In this document: in pieces, positions 18,012 to 27,431 of the stretch | Layout of the letters: each line of letters starts with the position of its first letter | How positions within the stretch are numbered: position 1 is the first letter of the stretch | NCBI GenBank assembly: GCA_004321885.1 | Contig: SCQK01000002.1 | Span: forward strand, 1-52,343 | Direction of reading: 5' to 3' | DNA length: 52,343 bases | DNA from: Patescibacteria group bacterium | GTDB lineage: Bacteria > Patescibacteriota > Patescibacteriia > Magasanikbacterales > GWA2-37-8 | Notes under the pieces: model-generated | Databases searched by the model: none | Seen by the model: only the letters and a program-made list of their open reading frames with translations | What the model was told of the DNA's origin: nothing | Translations under genes and position numbers: made by a program

Positions 18012-20015
18012 CTATTTTTTTTGCTTTGTCAAAGAAGCCAAATCAAGCACAAAAATTTTACCATCGTCAAAAATTCTTTTTCTTGATTGCCCCAATTCTT
18101 TCAAATTATCGTTAAAATCAAAGGTTACCTTGGCGCCATTGCTTATCCAAATGTTGGTCGCGAGCCTAACAGTATCGCCGTATTTTGATTGGGGGAAAAC
18201 CTCGGTCGCGTAAGCAAAAATCACATATCTGATATCCTTTGCCAACAAATATCGCGCCAGCGCTTCGCCGCCCTGATACGAAGGCATGCCCGGTGGCAAA
18301 GACGCCCCGCCCGGCAAATCAATAATATAAATTTTATTGCGCCTAAAATCAAACAAAAAAGGCTTTTCGGTCCTGGCCAGGGCTGTTCGCGTCGGCGGAA
18401 CCGCCTCTTGCGCTTTTTGATAGCTAATCCTTTCCTCGGCCGTGGAAGTGAAGTCTCCGCTTATTCTCTGGCCGGCCAGCGCGATTTTCAAGGACACGAA
18501 CTGCCTGTCGGCCAGATGAGAACCAATTAATCCAAGATTATTTTTAATGGCCGGTAAAAAAGCCGACAAACCGGCCCCAAAAATAATGGCGCTCACGGCT
18601 AAAGCCACCCGCTCGTATTTCCAAGAAGTTAAATAACCCCGCCAATTTTCAGATTGGCCGGCAAAAATAACCAAAAGCAAAATAACGGCCGTATGAACTA
18701 TGGGAAAGGTATAATAAAAAACGCTAAGCCCGGCGGTGAGAAAGGCAATGGCCGCGACGGTCAAAACAGTGGCCCAAATAATCAATTTCAGACGGCGGCG
18801 CAACCCGTCGTTATGGGGCCCGGGCAGAGATTTCCAAACAAACAAGAGCAAAAAAAATAAAATAATAAACAGGACATTGGCCAGATTATATAATAATGTA
18901 AGCAAATTAGCGAAAGTGAGCCGTGAGTAAGGCAGGGCGTAGACCCCGTAAACAGAGCCGTGAAAGCCCTTGCCGAAAATCGGATAAAGCAGAGTGCCGG
19001 AAGACTGATACAATAAAATCATCCACGGCAACAATAAAACAAAGGCGGCTAAAGCGGAAACGAGCAGCGATTTGAGCGCGACTATTTTTTCCGCGCGCGA
19101 GACGGATTCGCGATAAGACAGCCAATGATAAAAAATAAAATAAAAAAAACCAATGACGATAACATTTGATTTTATGGAAGACAGCGCGGCGATGATAAGG
19201 GCGACAAACAGCGCACGCCGCCAAAATCCGGGCCGTTCGGATTTGGCTTCAAAAAATAACTGCCCGAAAACCAAAAGCAAGACCGTGGAGGTTATCTGTC
19301 CGGTAATATTGCACGAGGCCGCAGAAAACAGGGCCAAAGAACCGGTGGCCAAAGCGGCCGTTCTCCGGGACGCGCCGAATTTCCTGAACAATTCCCAGAC
19401 CAACAAAATTAAAACAAGCCAGCTGAGGCCGCGGTCAAATAAATTCAAATAATCATACGGCAAAACCGCCAACACAAATGTATCCAAAAAAGACTGCCCG
19501 CCCAAGGCCCCGGTGAGCCGCCGGTCGCTAAACGGCTGGGCGCCCAGGGCGCCGGTTTCCAGCATCTCGCCGCTGTAAACAAAATAGGCCTGGTAATCAT
19601 CAAGCGGGTTGGCAGGCGTGTAGGCCGCGACAATGTATTGATAAGACAGGATCAAGACAAGGCCGATAAAAAGCAGGGCAAAAATTTTATCTTTCTTAAA
19701 GTCGTTAAATAATTTTGCCATGTTGGCGCCAGTGACGCGCCAGCGGCGCAAAACAAAAAACAATAATAAAATGACGCCCAAACCTAAATAAATAATGACT
19801 GCTTTTGGCGAGACGGCCGAGAGCCAATTCATCACGCCGCCGACAATAAGGCTTAGCGCCAAACCAAGAGCGGCCTTAAATCCCAAACCGTGTTTTTGGC
19901 GCGGCCGCAACAAAGAAAGCGCGGCCCAGCCCCAGCCGAGCAGGGAAAAGAAAATAACCACCCCCCATAATAAAGAAAAAATTCCGGTCCTAAACATAGC
20001 TACGTTTTCAAACAC
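18012..20015 (-). CDS. Large polytopic membrane protein, putative GT-C fold glycosyltransferase (ArnT/PMT-like) or polymerase
   Basis: 667 aa with at least 12 predicted TM helices and a roughly 200-aa soluble C-terminal domain. It lies directly downstream of a DPM1-like GT2 polyprenyl-phosphate sugar synthase. Confidence 0.45.
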   Translation of the reverse strand: MFENVAMFRTGIFSLLWGVVIFFSLLGWGWAALSLLRPRQKHGLGFKAALGLALSLIVGGVMNWLSAVSPKAVIIYLGLGVILLLFFVLRRWRVTGANMAKLFNDFKKDKIFALLFIGLVLILSYQYIVAAYTPANPLDDYQAYFVYSGEMLETGALGAQPFSDRRLTGALGGQSFLDTFVLAVLPYDYLNLFDRGLSWLVLILLVWELFRKFGASRRTAALATGSLALFSAASCNITGQITSTVLLLVFGQLFFEAKSERPGFWRRALFVALIIAALSSIKSNVIVIGFFYFIFYHWLSYRESVSRAEKIVALKSLLVSALAAFVLLLPWMILLYQSSGTLLYPIFGKGFHGSVYGVYALPYSRLTFANLLTLLYNLANVLFIILFFLLLFVWKSLPGPHNDGLRRRLKLIIWATVLTVAAIAFLTAGLSVFYYTFPIVHTAVILLLVIFAGQSENWRGYLTSWKYERVALAVSAIIFGAGLSAFLPAIKNNLGLIGSHLADRQFVSLKIALAGQRISGDFTSTAEERISYQKAQEAVPPTRTALARTEKPFLFDFRRNKIYIIDLPGGASLPPGMPSYQGGEALARYLLAKDIRYVIFAYATEVFPQSKYGDTVRLATNIWISNGAKVTFDFNDNLKELGQSRKRIFDDGKIFVLDLASLTKQKK

Positions 20016-20018
20016 AAA

Positions 20019-20798
20019 TTAAACAACCGGCCGCTCATATTTTTCATAAGAACGCAAACCAGCCTTATGCAATAGATACTGGCAAACCGACTTCATTATT
20101 AAAGCCGCGTATTTTAGGCCGTTGACATAACAGATTTCATCGCCGTAATACGTCGGAATCGGCAATTCCACGATTTTTAGCCCGCGGTCCACGAATTGAA
20201 TGATAATCTCGCTGTCAAAATGATAATCGCCGGTATTTTTTTGAAAGTTAACCATTCGCAAAGCCTTGGTGGTATAGGCGCGATAGCCGGAGTGCCACTC
20301 GGACAGCCTGGCGCCGGTGGCCAAATTTTCCAAAAAAGTCAAAACCTTATTGCCGACGTATTTATAAAAAGGCATGCCCCCGCGCCGGGCCGCGCCTCTT
20401 ACAAGCATGCGCGAGCCAAAAACCGCGTCGGCCTTTTCCTCAATCAGCGGCGCCAAAATGGCCGGCAGCATCTCGGGCGCGTACTGCCCGTCGGCATGAA
20501 GCATCACCACGATATCATAGCCTTTTTTGATGGCGTAGGCATAGCCAAGCTTTTGATTGCCCCCGTATCCTTCGTTGGCTTGATTGCGGAAAATGCTTAA
20601 CTTGTCCAGGCCGGCTTTTTGCTTCCAATCCTCGGCCACCAGATTGGTGTTATCCGGCGAAGCATTGTCAAAAATCATAATTTCCTCCACTATATTTTTA
20701 ACGCCGGCCGGGATGCGGTCAAGCACTTTGGTGATGGTGGAAGCGGCGTTATAAGCCACAATCAGAATGGCGACTTTTTTTTGCATAAACAATGGCAA
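20019..20798 (-). CDS. GT2 polyprenyl-phosphate glycosyltransferase (dolichyl-phosphate mannose synthase / ArnC-like, soluble type)
   Basis: 259 aa with a GT-A N-terminus (VAILIVAYNAASTI...) and the motifs DNASPDNT and DADGQ. Confidence 0.7.
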   Translation of the reverse strand: MPLFMQKKVAILIVAYNAASTITKVLDRIPAGVKNIVEEIMIFDNASPDNTNLVAEDWKQKAGLDKLSIFRNQANEGYGGNQKLGYAYAIKKGYDIVVMLHADGQYAPEMLPAILAPLIEEKADAVFGSRMLVRGAARRGGMPFYKYVGNKVLTFLENLATGARLSEWHSGYRAYTTKALRMVNFQKNTGDYHFDSEIIIQFVDRGLKIVELPIPTYYGDEICYVNGLKYAALIMKSVCQYLLHKAGLRSYEKYERPVV

Positions 20799-20799
20799 T

Positions 20800-21699
20800 T
20801 TAATTGAGTAAACGACTATTTGGTTGCATTCTCGCCAGTATGTCGGAAAAAATATTTTCCAGACTATTAAATTGAAACTGAAATGTTTCTTGCGCCGCTT
20901 TTGAATTAGTGGAATTTAAGAGCGGCCGGCGGGCAACCTGCCCCAACAATTTCGTTTCCACCGGGATTATTAAGTCTTTGTTCCAGCCCATAAATTGACA
21001 AATTTTTACAGCAAAGTCATAGCGGCTCATGGATTCGTTGCCGGTAGCTAGAAACGTGCCGTTGAGCGCGGCGCTTAGCGTTTTTTTAAGCAACCGGCAA
21101 AAATCCATCACATAGGTGGGATTGCTGATTTGGTCCAAGGGCACGCGCATTTCCCGGCCCTCTTTCTGCTTGCGGTAGAGTTGCATAAAAAAATTCATGC
21201 CGTTGTCATCCCAGCCGTATATAACCGTGGGCCTAAGGATGATATGATTTTTTAAGGCCGACACTATTTTTTCTCCGGCCAGTTTGGTTTGGCCGTAATA
21301 TTGCAGGGGATTGGGGCAGGCGCTCTCGTCAAAATCGCCCTTGACACCGTCAAAAACATAATCCGAGGAGATAAAAATTATTTTCTTGTCATTTTGATTT
21401 GCCCATTCCGCTAACATCTTAACCGGGGCGATATTTTGCCTGTCGGTCAGCTCTTTTTCTTGCTCACATTTTTCCACATCAGAGAGCGCGGCCAGATGCA
21501 CGATTTCATCCGGATTAAAACCGCGCAAAACCTCAACCATAGCCTGTTTATCGCTGATGTCAACGACCGCGTCAACAACATTGCTTTTGCTGGCGCGGTC
21601 AACGCCAAAAACGTAGAAATTTTCATCTGACTTTAAAATTTTATACAGATTTTTTCCGACAAACCCGCCGGAACCGGTAATGAGTATTTTTTTAGCCAT
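20800..21699 (-). CDS. dTDP-4-dehydrorhamnose reductase-like SDR (RmlD-like)
   Basis: Start trimmed to MAKKILITGSGGFVGKNL (ATG at 21699). This start overlaps the rmlC-like stop in an ATGGCTAA arrangement. It is about 300 aa with an RmlD-like architecture. Confidence 0.6.
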   Translation of the reverse strand: MAKKILITGSGGFVGKNLYKILKSDENFYVFGVDRASKSNVVDAVVDISDKQAMVEVLRGFNPDEIVHLAALSDVEKCEQEKELTDRQNIAPVKMLAEWANQNDKKIIFISSDYVFDGVKGDFDESACPNPLQYYGQTKLAGEKIVSALKNHIILRPTVIYGWDDNGMNFFMQLYRKQKEGREMRVPLDQISNPTYVMDFCRLLKKTLSAALNGTFLATGNESMSRYDFAVKICQFMGWNKDLIIPVETKLLGQVARRPLLNSTNSKAAQETFQFQFNSLENIFSDILARMQPNSRLLN

Positions 21700-22147
21700 G
21701 TTTGATGTCCCAGTTGTAATTAATGTCTTTGGTAGACGGGTCAATGCGAATTATTTCATCCTGGTCGTGCGGCTCGGTGGCGCAATTGGCGACGATGGCT
21801 TCTTCCGAACCGACGCCCTTAAAACCATTCACCACTCCGGCCGGCACCCGCACCAGGCAATAATTCTTGTCGCCCATAAATATCTCCTGTATCTCGCCCC
21901 TTGTTTCGGAATCAGGCCTTTGGTCTGCCAAAACCAGTTTGATATTGCCGCGGACAACCGCGTAATGCAAAGCCATTATTTTGTGCAAATGCCAGGCCTT
22001 TACGGCCCCGGGATAAACAGTGGAAAAATAAATTTCCCCGAATTTTTCAAATTCCGGGTCGTCGTTTCTTAGCATGTGCATCACCGAGCCCCTTTCATCG
22101 CAAATTTTACTTAGCGGTTTGATGATGACGCCTTTAATCATACACAA
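21692..22147 (-). CDS. dTDP-4-dehydrorhamnose 3,5-epimerase-like cupin (RmlC family)
   Basis: 151 aa cupin with an RmlC-like core (GEIYFSTVYPGAVKAWHLHK...). Confidence 0.65.
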   Translation of the reverse strand: MCMIKGVIIKPLSKICDERGSVMHMLRNDDPEFEKFGEIYFSTVYPGAVKAWHLHKIMALHYAVVRGNIKLVLADQRPDSETRGEIQEIFMGDKNYCLVRVPAGVVNGFKGVGSEEAIVANCATEPHDQDEIIRIDPSTKDINYNWDIKHG

Positions 22148-22164
22148 AATTAGTGAATAAAAGT

Positions 22165-23226
22165 TTACGTTTTTGGTCCGCGTTTTTTTATGATAAAATA
22201 ATTTTGTTTTAGCATCTCCAAAATTTTTATTTTTTTAAGTGGCCGGTATAGCTTGGCCATAAATCTTTTCACAGCCGTCCGCCTTCTCGCACGCCGGCCC
22301 GCCAGTCTTTCGTTTTTTTCCAGCTCCAAGGCCTTGGCGGGATTAATTGTCCTACGTTTGGCCGCGGGGAGCGGCTGGTCTATAATATTTCTTAGAAAAT
22401 CTTCAAAACCTTGTTTCACTTTTTCAAAATCAGCGCCCGGCGCGACAATGGGCTGATTAATTATTTCTAAATACAGGTCGTCATCGTTGTCTATTTCTTT
22501 AACGCGCGCCACCACCCGGTCAAAACTCTCATAATTATGACAACTGATAAAACGGCGGTCGTTAAACTCGCGGCCGATCTCGGGGTTGCCCCAATAAATC
22601 GGAATGGTTCTGGCCGCGATGGAGCTGGCTATTTTCTCGGTAGTGTAGCCCAAGCGGGAAGAATTTTCAAAAGCAATGGAAAATTTATGCTTGGACTCAA
22701 AATCCAATTTGCTTTCAATTATTCCGCCGACATTATTCAAATAACGGCCGCCGGCGCTTATTTTTTTATACTGGCTCAGCTTATCAAAAAAATTTTTGCG
22801 CCTTTCATCGGCCAAATAATTGGAATACACAAAACTGCAAAATTCGGTTTTTTGGGCCAAATCGGCCCTGGTAAACGGCTCTGGTTTGGTAAAATCCGGG
22901 CCAATGCGAGCCGCCTCATTCTTGTCGTAGAATACCATGACATGATAAAGCGGATAGCGGTAGTATCTGTCTCCAAAAATCATGTAATCATAGCCGACGG
23001 CGTAGTCGCACAAATTAAAATTCGGGCTCACATTTTCGCCGGTATAAAATATCCTGACGCAATTATACTTCAAATATTTGTAGGACGACTCATTGTAAAA
23101 TACGTAATCCGGCTTTTCGGAAATTTCAACGTCGTAATATTTTATCAGTATTTTGTATATAAAATTATCGCGAAAATCCTGTTCGCTGTCGTCGTAGCCG
23201 CAAATTTTAACGCGTATTTTTCTCAC
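22165..23226 (-). CDS. Glycosyltransferase family 10 (alpha-1,3/4-fucosyltransferase-like)
   Basis: 353 aa containing the GT10 signature KFSIAFENSSRLGYTTEKI (consensus YxFxLxFENSxxxxYxTEK) and a FutA-like N-terminal motif (IFYTGENVSPNFNLCDYAVGYD). Confidence 0.75.
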   Translation of the reverse strand: MRKIRVKICGYDDSEQDFRDNFIYKILIKYYDVEISEKPDYVFYNESSYKYLKYNCVRIFYTGENVSPNFNLCDYAVGYDYMIFGDRYYRYPLYHVMVFYDKNEAARIGPDFTKPEPFTRADLAQKTEFCSFVYSNYLADERRKNFFDKLSQYKKISAGGRYLNNVGGIIESKLDFESKHKFSIAFENSSRLGYTTEKIASSIAARTIPIYWGNPEIGREFNDRRFISCHNYESFDRVVARVKEIDNDDDLYLEIINQPIVAPGADFEKVKQGFEDFLRNIIDQPLPAAKRRTINPAKALELEKNERLAGRRARRRTAVKRFMAKLYRPLKKIKILEMLKQNYFIIKKRGPKT

Positions 23227-23233
23227 AAAATTG

Positions 23234-24169
23234 TCATTTAATAATGGCGATTATTTGACTCAAATACCGCGGGTCAACGCAATCATCCGGATTTCTTTCA
23301 TGAATCTCGTTAAAATATTTATACTTTACCTTTTCTTGTTTCTCGGCCTTTCTTAAAAACATTTCGTATTCCATGTCAAGATGGCCAATATCAATAACCC
23401 GGTATCCCAATAAAAATAAATCATACGCCAATACCTTGGCAGTCGGACCCAAGGACAACAAAATTAACTTGTCTTTGCCGATTTTTGCCGCTTCATTTTT
23501 AATCGCTTCGTACTTATCAAAGGCGTTTTCGGGCGGACACAGTATTCTGTGCAATGATTTAACGCGACTAAACATATCGTTTCCCACGCCCAGCCGGCTT
23601 TTTGCGCCCTCAATTAGCGCCACGTCCTTCCCTTCCCAAATGAAAAATAATTTTTGAAAAGTATTCTGACAGCCGGATTTATCCTTAAAAGCCAGGTAAA
23701 AACGGGTCATATTCATGTTGCCGTATAGACGGTCGTAGGACAACAAACTCTTCCAGACATGCCCATACCTATACAAATGATGCATACTAAACCAAAAAGC
23801 GTAATCTTCCAGTCCGTTCAATTTTTCCCACATGCCCGGAATACAAATTAACAACCCGTCCAAATTTGATTGCAAAATCTGCTCCAGTCTCGCGGCTAAT
23901 TGCGCGTCCTGCTTTTGAAACCCCAAATCAATGCCGTCTAACAACGATATTTCGCCGTCGCCGAAACGGATAATCGAAAGATTTTTTTCAATTATCAAAT
24001 CAATGGTTTCATTAACAGACAGCACTTTGGGCCGTTGGCGATTTGGTCTGAAATAAATATTAAAATAATACAACACAAAAGCAATGACCGGGCCGATTTT
24101 GTGCCGAATGGCCAAAGGCGTCCTTTGCCGTATTTTTTGAAGAATAGATTGAAGCAAGGATTTTTTCAC
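23234..24169 (-). CDS. Putative GT-D type glycosyltransferase (DUF1792-like)
   Basis: 311 aa with an N-terminal TM helix and a DxE-type motif (IRFGDGEISLL) resembling the metal site of DUF1792/GT-D enzymes. The assignment is weak. Confidence 0.35.
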   Translation of the reverse strand: MKKSLLQSILQKIRQRTPLAIRHKIGPVIAFVLYYFNIYFRPNRQRPKVLSVNETIDLIIEKNLSIIRFGDGEISLLDGIDLGFQKQDAQLAARLEQILQSNLDGLLICIPGMWEKLNGLEDYAFWFSMHHLYRYGHVWKSLLSYDRLYGNMNMTRFYLAFKDKSGCQNTFQKLFFIWEGKDVALIEGAKSRLGVGNDMFSRVKSLHRILCPPENAFDKYEAIKNEAAKIGKDKLILLSLGPTAKVLAYDLFLLGYRVIDIGHLDMEYEMFLRKAEKQEKVKYKYFNEIHERNPDDCVDPRYLSQIIAIIK

Positions 24170-24789
24170 ACTGTTTTCAATTTTAAGTAAGAATTATTCC
24201 CGTCCCAAAAAACCAGGCGATAGCCAAACTGTTTTAAGAATTTGTAATTGCCGCCCTCCAGGCAAATAACAGCCGCCTGATACCTGCTCCAGTCATTGCT
24301 TTTCAACACGGCCTCTTCAAAATTTTCCACGTCAATCGTCATGAAATCCACTGTCCTTAGATTATTTTCCGCAAAAATTTCCCTGAGCGGCTTTAATTTT
24401 ATTTTTCTGCTTTTCGTAATCCCCCGCGCCGCGGCCAATTCTTTCACGCAGGTGGCGCCTGATGATTCGTTTTCATCGCCAAAATACTCAACCTCGCCCT
24501 CGCCCACGGCGCAGTTTAAATTAATATCTTCCAGTCTCTTTTCACAAAATAATTTATAACCGATAGGGCTTGGCTCAATATTTATCCCCCGCCAGCCTCT
24601 TTCATAAAATAATTTGGTGTTGCTGATTTTATCCGGATGATAAGCCCCGATATCTATGTAAGTTCCTTTTTCTTTATAGCCGGTCAGCCAGTCAATAACA
24701 TTATCCTCGTTTAATTGGGAATAAGAAAATTTGTTTTTGAATCCGAAAAGCCTCACTAAAATCCGGCCCAAATAATATTTTAGATTCAT
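24166..24789 (-). CDS. FkbM-family SAM-dependent methyltransferase (probable sugar O-methyltransferase)
   Basis: 207 aa with an FkbM-type motif (GTYIDIGAYHPD) and a class I MT fold. Confidence 0.65.
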   Translation of the reverse strand: MNLKYYLGRILVRLFGFKNKFSYSQLNEDNVIDWLTGYKEKGTYIDIGAYHPDKISNTKLFYERGWRGINIEPSPIGYKLFCEKRLEDINLNCAVGEGEVEYFGDENESSGATCVKELAAARGITKSRKIKLKPLREIFAENNLRTVDFMTIDVENFEEAVLKSNDWSRYQAAVICLEGGNYKFLKQFGYRLVFWDGNNSYLKLKTV

Positions 24790-25619
24790 ACAATATCTTT
24801 CAACATCCGTTCCTTTGACGCGCTGTAATCTTTTTCCATTGATTCCAAAGTCAAACCGTTTTCCAATTCATACAGCCGCATATAAACCATAAACCTATAG
24901 AAAGCATGTAATATCGCCACATTAAACCCCTTGACGCCGCTTCTAAAAAAACGCTTATAAAAAAGGAAAAAATACCTACACATCGCGCCCAGCATCAAAA
25001 AAACGCTAAACTTCTTTTTTTTCTCGAATTTATACCATGCCTCGCTTTCAGCGCAATAAAGATGCCTTGCGATATATTTACGCATATCATACAAACTATA
25101 ATGATGGATGGCGTATTTTTCTTCCATGGGCAAGGTCAGTATTTCATCTGCTGTGCCGGTAAACCGGCCAAACCCATGCAAATAATTGCCGGAAAAATCG
25201 ATGCTGTCCTTTTTAAAAAATCTGGGGTTATAGCCTTTATGGGCCGGGTATTTTGTTTCGCCCCACAAATAAGTAAACATCGGAACTCTCGCGTATTTAT
25301 ATTTATCCTGCAGGGAAATCTCGCGCATTTTCTCCAGTAGTTCAACCGGCAGCATATAATCCGCGCACCCCCAAAAAATCCAACTGCCGTCCTTGACATA
25401 TTGTCTGACAAATTGATACATTCGCTCATCTTCCGCCTCTATTATTTCGTGCGGTCTGGTGATAAATTTTGCTCCCAGCCCCTCGACAATCTCTTGGGTT
25501 CTGTCGTCGCTAGCATCGTCAAAAATTAGCACTGCGCCGTATTTGGTGAGATTACGGACAACATAGCCAATTCTTTTCTCCTCATTTTTGGTAAAAATTA
25601 CGAAAGCAATGTTTCTCAT
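24786..25619 (-). CDS. Glycosyltransferase family 2
   Basis: 277 aa with a GT-A N-terminus (IAFVIFTKNEEKRI...LIFDDASDDRT). Confidence 0.7.
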   Translation of the reverse strand: MRNIAFVIFTKNEEKRIGYVVRNLTKYGAVLIFDDASDDRTQEIVEGLGAKFITRPHEIIEAEDERMYQFVRQYVKDGSWIFWGCADYMLPVELLEKMREISLQDKYKYARVPMFTYLWGETKYPAHKGYNPRFFKKDSIDFSGNYLHGFGRFTGTADEILTLPMEEKYAIHHYSLYDMRKYIARHLYCAESEAWYKFEKKKKFSVFLMLGAMCRYFFLFYKRFFRSGVKGFNVAILHAFYRFMVYMRLYELENGLTLESMEKDYSASKERMLKDIV

Positions 25620-25645
25620 ATTGTAATGGAATGAAAAAAATAATT

Positions 25646-26539
25646 TTAAGCCGAAAAAAAATCCACAGTTTTCTGCAGGCCGTCGCGCCAGTTAATGACC
25701 GCCCGCCAATTAATCTTCTCATTAGCCGACAAATCGGCCCGGGAATCCATTATCTCATTTCCGCGATAATTCAATCTGCCGAATGCCAGCGCAGAACCGC
25801 TTTTGGTGATTCCTTTCAAATAGGCGACAGCCTCTTTGATGGAAACAGAACGGCCGTGGCCAATGCCAAACTCTTGATAATTTTCTAAAACCGGATAACT
25901 CTTAAAAACCTGAACAAACGCCCGGGCCACGTCATCCACGAATATAAAATCGCGTTTCTGGTCTCCGTTGGTCAACTCTATATTTTTAGCATTGGAGAGC
26001 AATTCTTTAATAATGGCGGGAATAAATTTTTTGGCGCTGTCGCCCGGACCGTACATTTGTTCTATTCTTAAATTAAAAAATTTGATTTTTATCTGCGGCG
26101 CGGCGTCTCTAACTATGGCCAAAAAATCCTTTTTGGTTTTAACATAAAAATGCTCATGGCTGGCAAAGCTCATTTTATCGTTAAAAAAAGTATCGGCGTT
26201 AATGAAACATTGGACTCCCGCCTGCTCACCCGCAAGCAAAAGTTGAAGGGGCAAAAGCAGATTAACTCCGGCGATTTCGTGCCAGGGTTCATCGTTTCGG
26301 CCGTAGCAAGTGGCCGTATGGATTATAGCGCTGATTTTATACTTAAAAAAACACTCTTTCAAATCATCTTCGCCTAAAAAAATTTTCACTAACCGCGGAT
26401 GATTCGCGAATGGTTTTAGGCGCTCGCCGGCAGAATTCCGGCGCACCAAAACAACCGCGCGACAGCCTTCGGCCAAAAACAATGCTGTCACTTTTGCTCC
26501 TAAAAAACCAGTGGCGCCGGTTATCAAAACTGTTTCCAT
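25646..26539 (-). CDS. NAD(P)-dependent nucleotide-sugar reductase/epimerase (SDR; CDP-abequose/paratose synthase-like size)
   Basis: 297 aa with a Rossmann motif (ITGATGFLGAKV) and an SDR core. Its size and context suggest a 4-ketoreductase acting on a CDP-4-keto-3,6-dideoxyhexose. Confidence 0.55.
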   Translation of the reverse strand: METVLITGATGFLGAKVTALFLAEGCRAVVLVRRNSAGERLKPFANHPRLVKIFLGEDDLKECFFKYKISAIIHTATCYGRNDEPWHEIAGVNLLLPLQLLLAGEQAGVQCFINADTFFNDKMSFASHEHFYVKTKKDFLAIVRDAAPQIKIKFFNLRIEQMYGPGDSAKKFIPAIIKELLSNAKNIELTNGDQKRDFIFVDDVARAFVQVFKSYPVLENYQEFGIGHGRSVSIKEAVAYLKGITKSGSALAFGRLNYRGNEIMDSRADLSANEKINWRAVINWRDGLQKTVDFFSA

Positions 26540-26540
26540 A

Positions 26541-27431
26541 TCATTTTTTTCTCCAGCCCATTTTTTTAAGAATCTTTTTTATCAATTCCTTGAAAGACAC
26601 CCAGCAGCCGCGAATTAAAAAGTAGGCATAAACTTTAGAGCGCGAAATCGGCAAGCCATATAAATTTGCTATCCAGAACACGGCTCGGGCCGTGCCCACG
26701 CTACGTTTATAATTATTCTCAAGCCCCTGGTACGAATCCCAGCGCAAATTATCATTGCGCGTTTTTATGAATGGCTCGGCCAACAAGGCAAACCGGCTGT
26801 TCTTAAAAGCCTGCAACAAGACAAAAAAATGGATGGTGCTGGTGCCGATATACTCATTTTTTGTTTCAAAATCCAGCCATGTTTTTCTAAGAAATAACTG
26901 CGTGGACATGCCGCCGAAAAAACCGACTAAATCAAGATAATTTTTAATTGACTTTACAAAATCGGCTAAGGTATCGTAAACCGCATCCTTTTCCAATTTT
27001 TGATTTGGCTGCGACAGGACCGGTTCTTTAAGCCAGTGGTCATAACCCCAGCAATTAAGCATAAAATAGGGGGCGCCGATGGTTTTAATTTTTTCAAGCA
27101 ATAACGCAAAACTGCCCGGGAAAAAACCATCATCATCGCCGATAGTCAAACAATACTGGCCCGAGCTTTGTTCAATGGCATTTAACAAATTCCGGTCAAA
27201 GCCCAGATTTTCTTGATTGCGCAAGTATCTGATATTGTCAAAATTTTCCTGGTAAGTTTTGACGACTGCCATGGTATTATCTGCACTGGCATTGTCGGAA
27301 ATAACAACTTCAACTTGCTCGCAAACTTCCTTATTATCAAATTGGCAAACAATACTGTTCAAAAGGTCTTTCAAACAGTCCGCTCTGTTGTATGTTGGAA
27401 CGCAAACGCTGATTATTTTATTGCCGGACAT
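26541..27431 (-). CDS. Glycosyltransferase family 2
   Basis: 296 aa with a GT-A N-terminus (ISVCVPTYNRADCL...VVISDNASADNT). Confidence 0.7.
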   Translation of the reverse strand: MSGNKIISVCVPTYNRADCLKDLLNSIVCQFDNKEVCEQVEVVISDNASADNTMAVVKTYQENFDNIRYLRNQENLGFDRNLLNAIEQSSGQYCLTIGDDDGFFPGSFALLLEKIKTIGAPYFMLNCWGYDHWLKEPVLSQPNQKLEKDAVYDTLADFVKSIKNYLDLVGFFGGMSTQLFLRKTWLDFETKNEYIGTSTIHFFVLLQAFKNSRFALLAEPFIKTRNDNLRWDSYQGLENNYKRSVGTARAVFWIANLYGLPISRSKVYAYFLIRGCWVSFKELIKKILKKMGWRKK

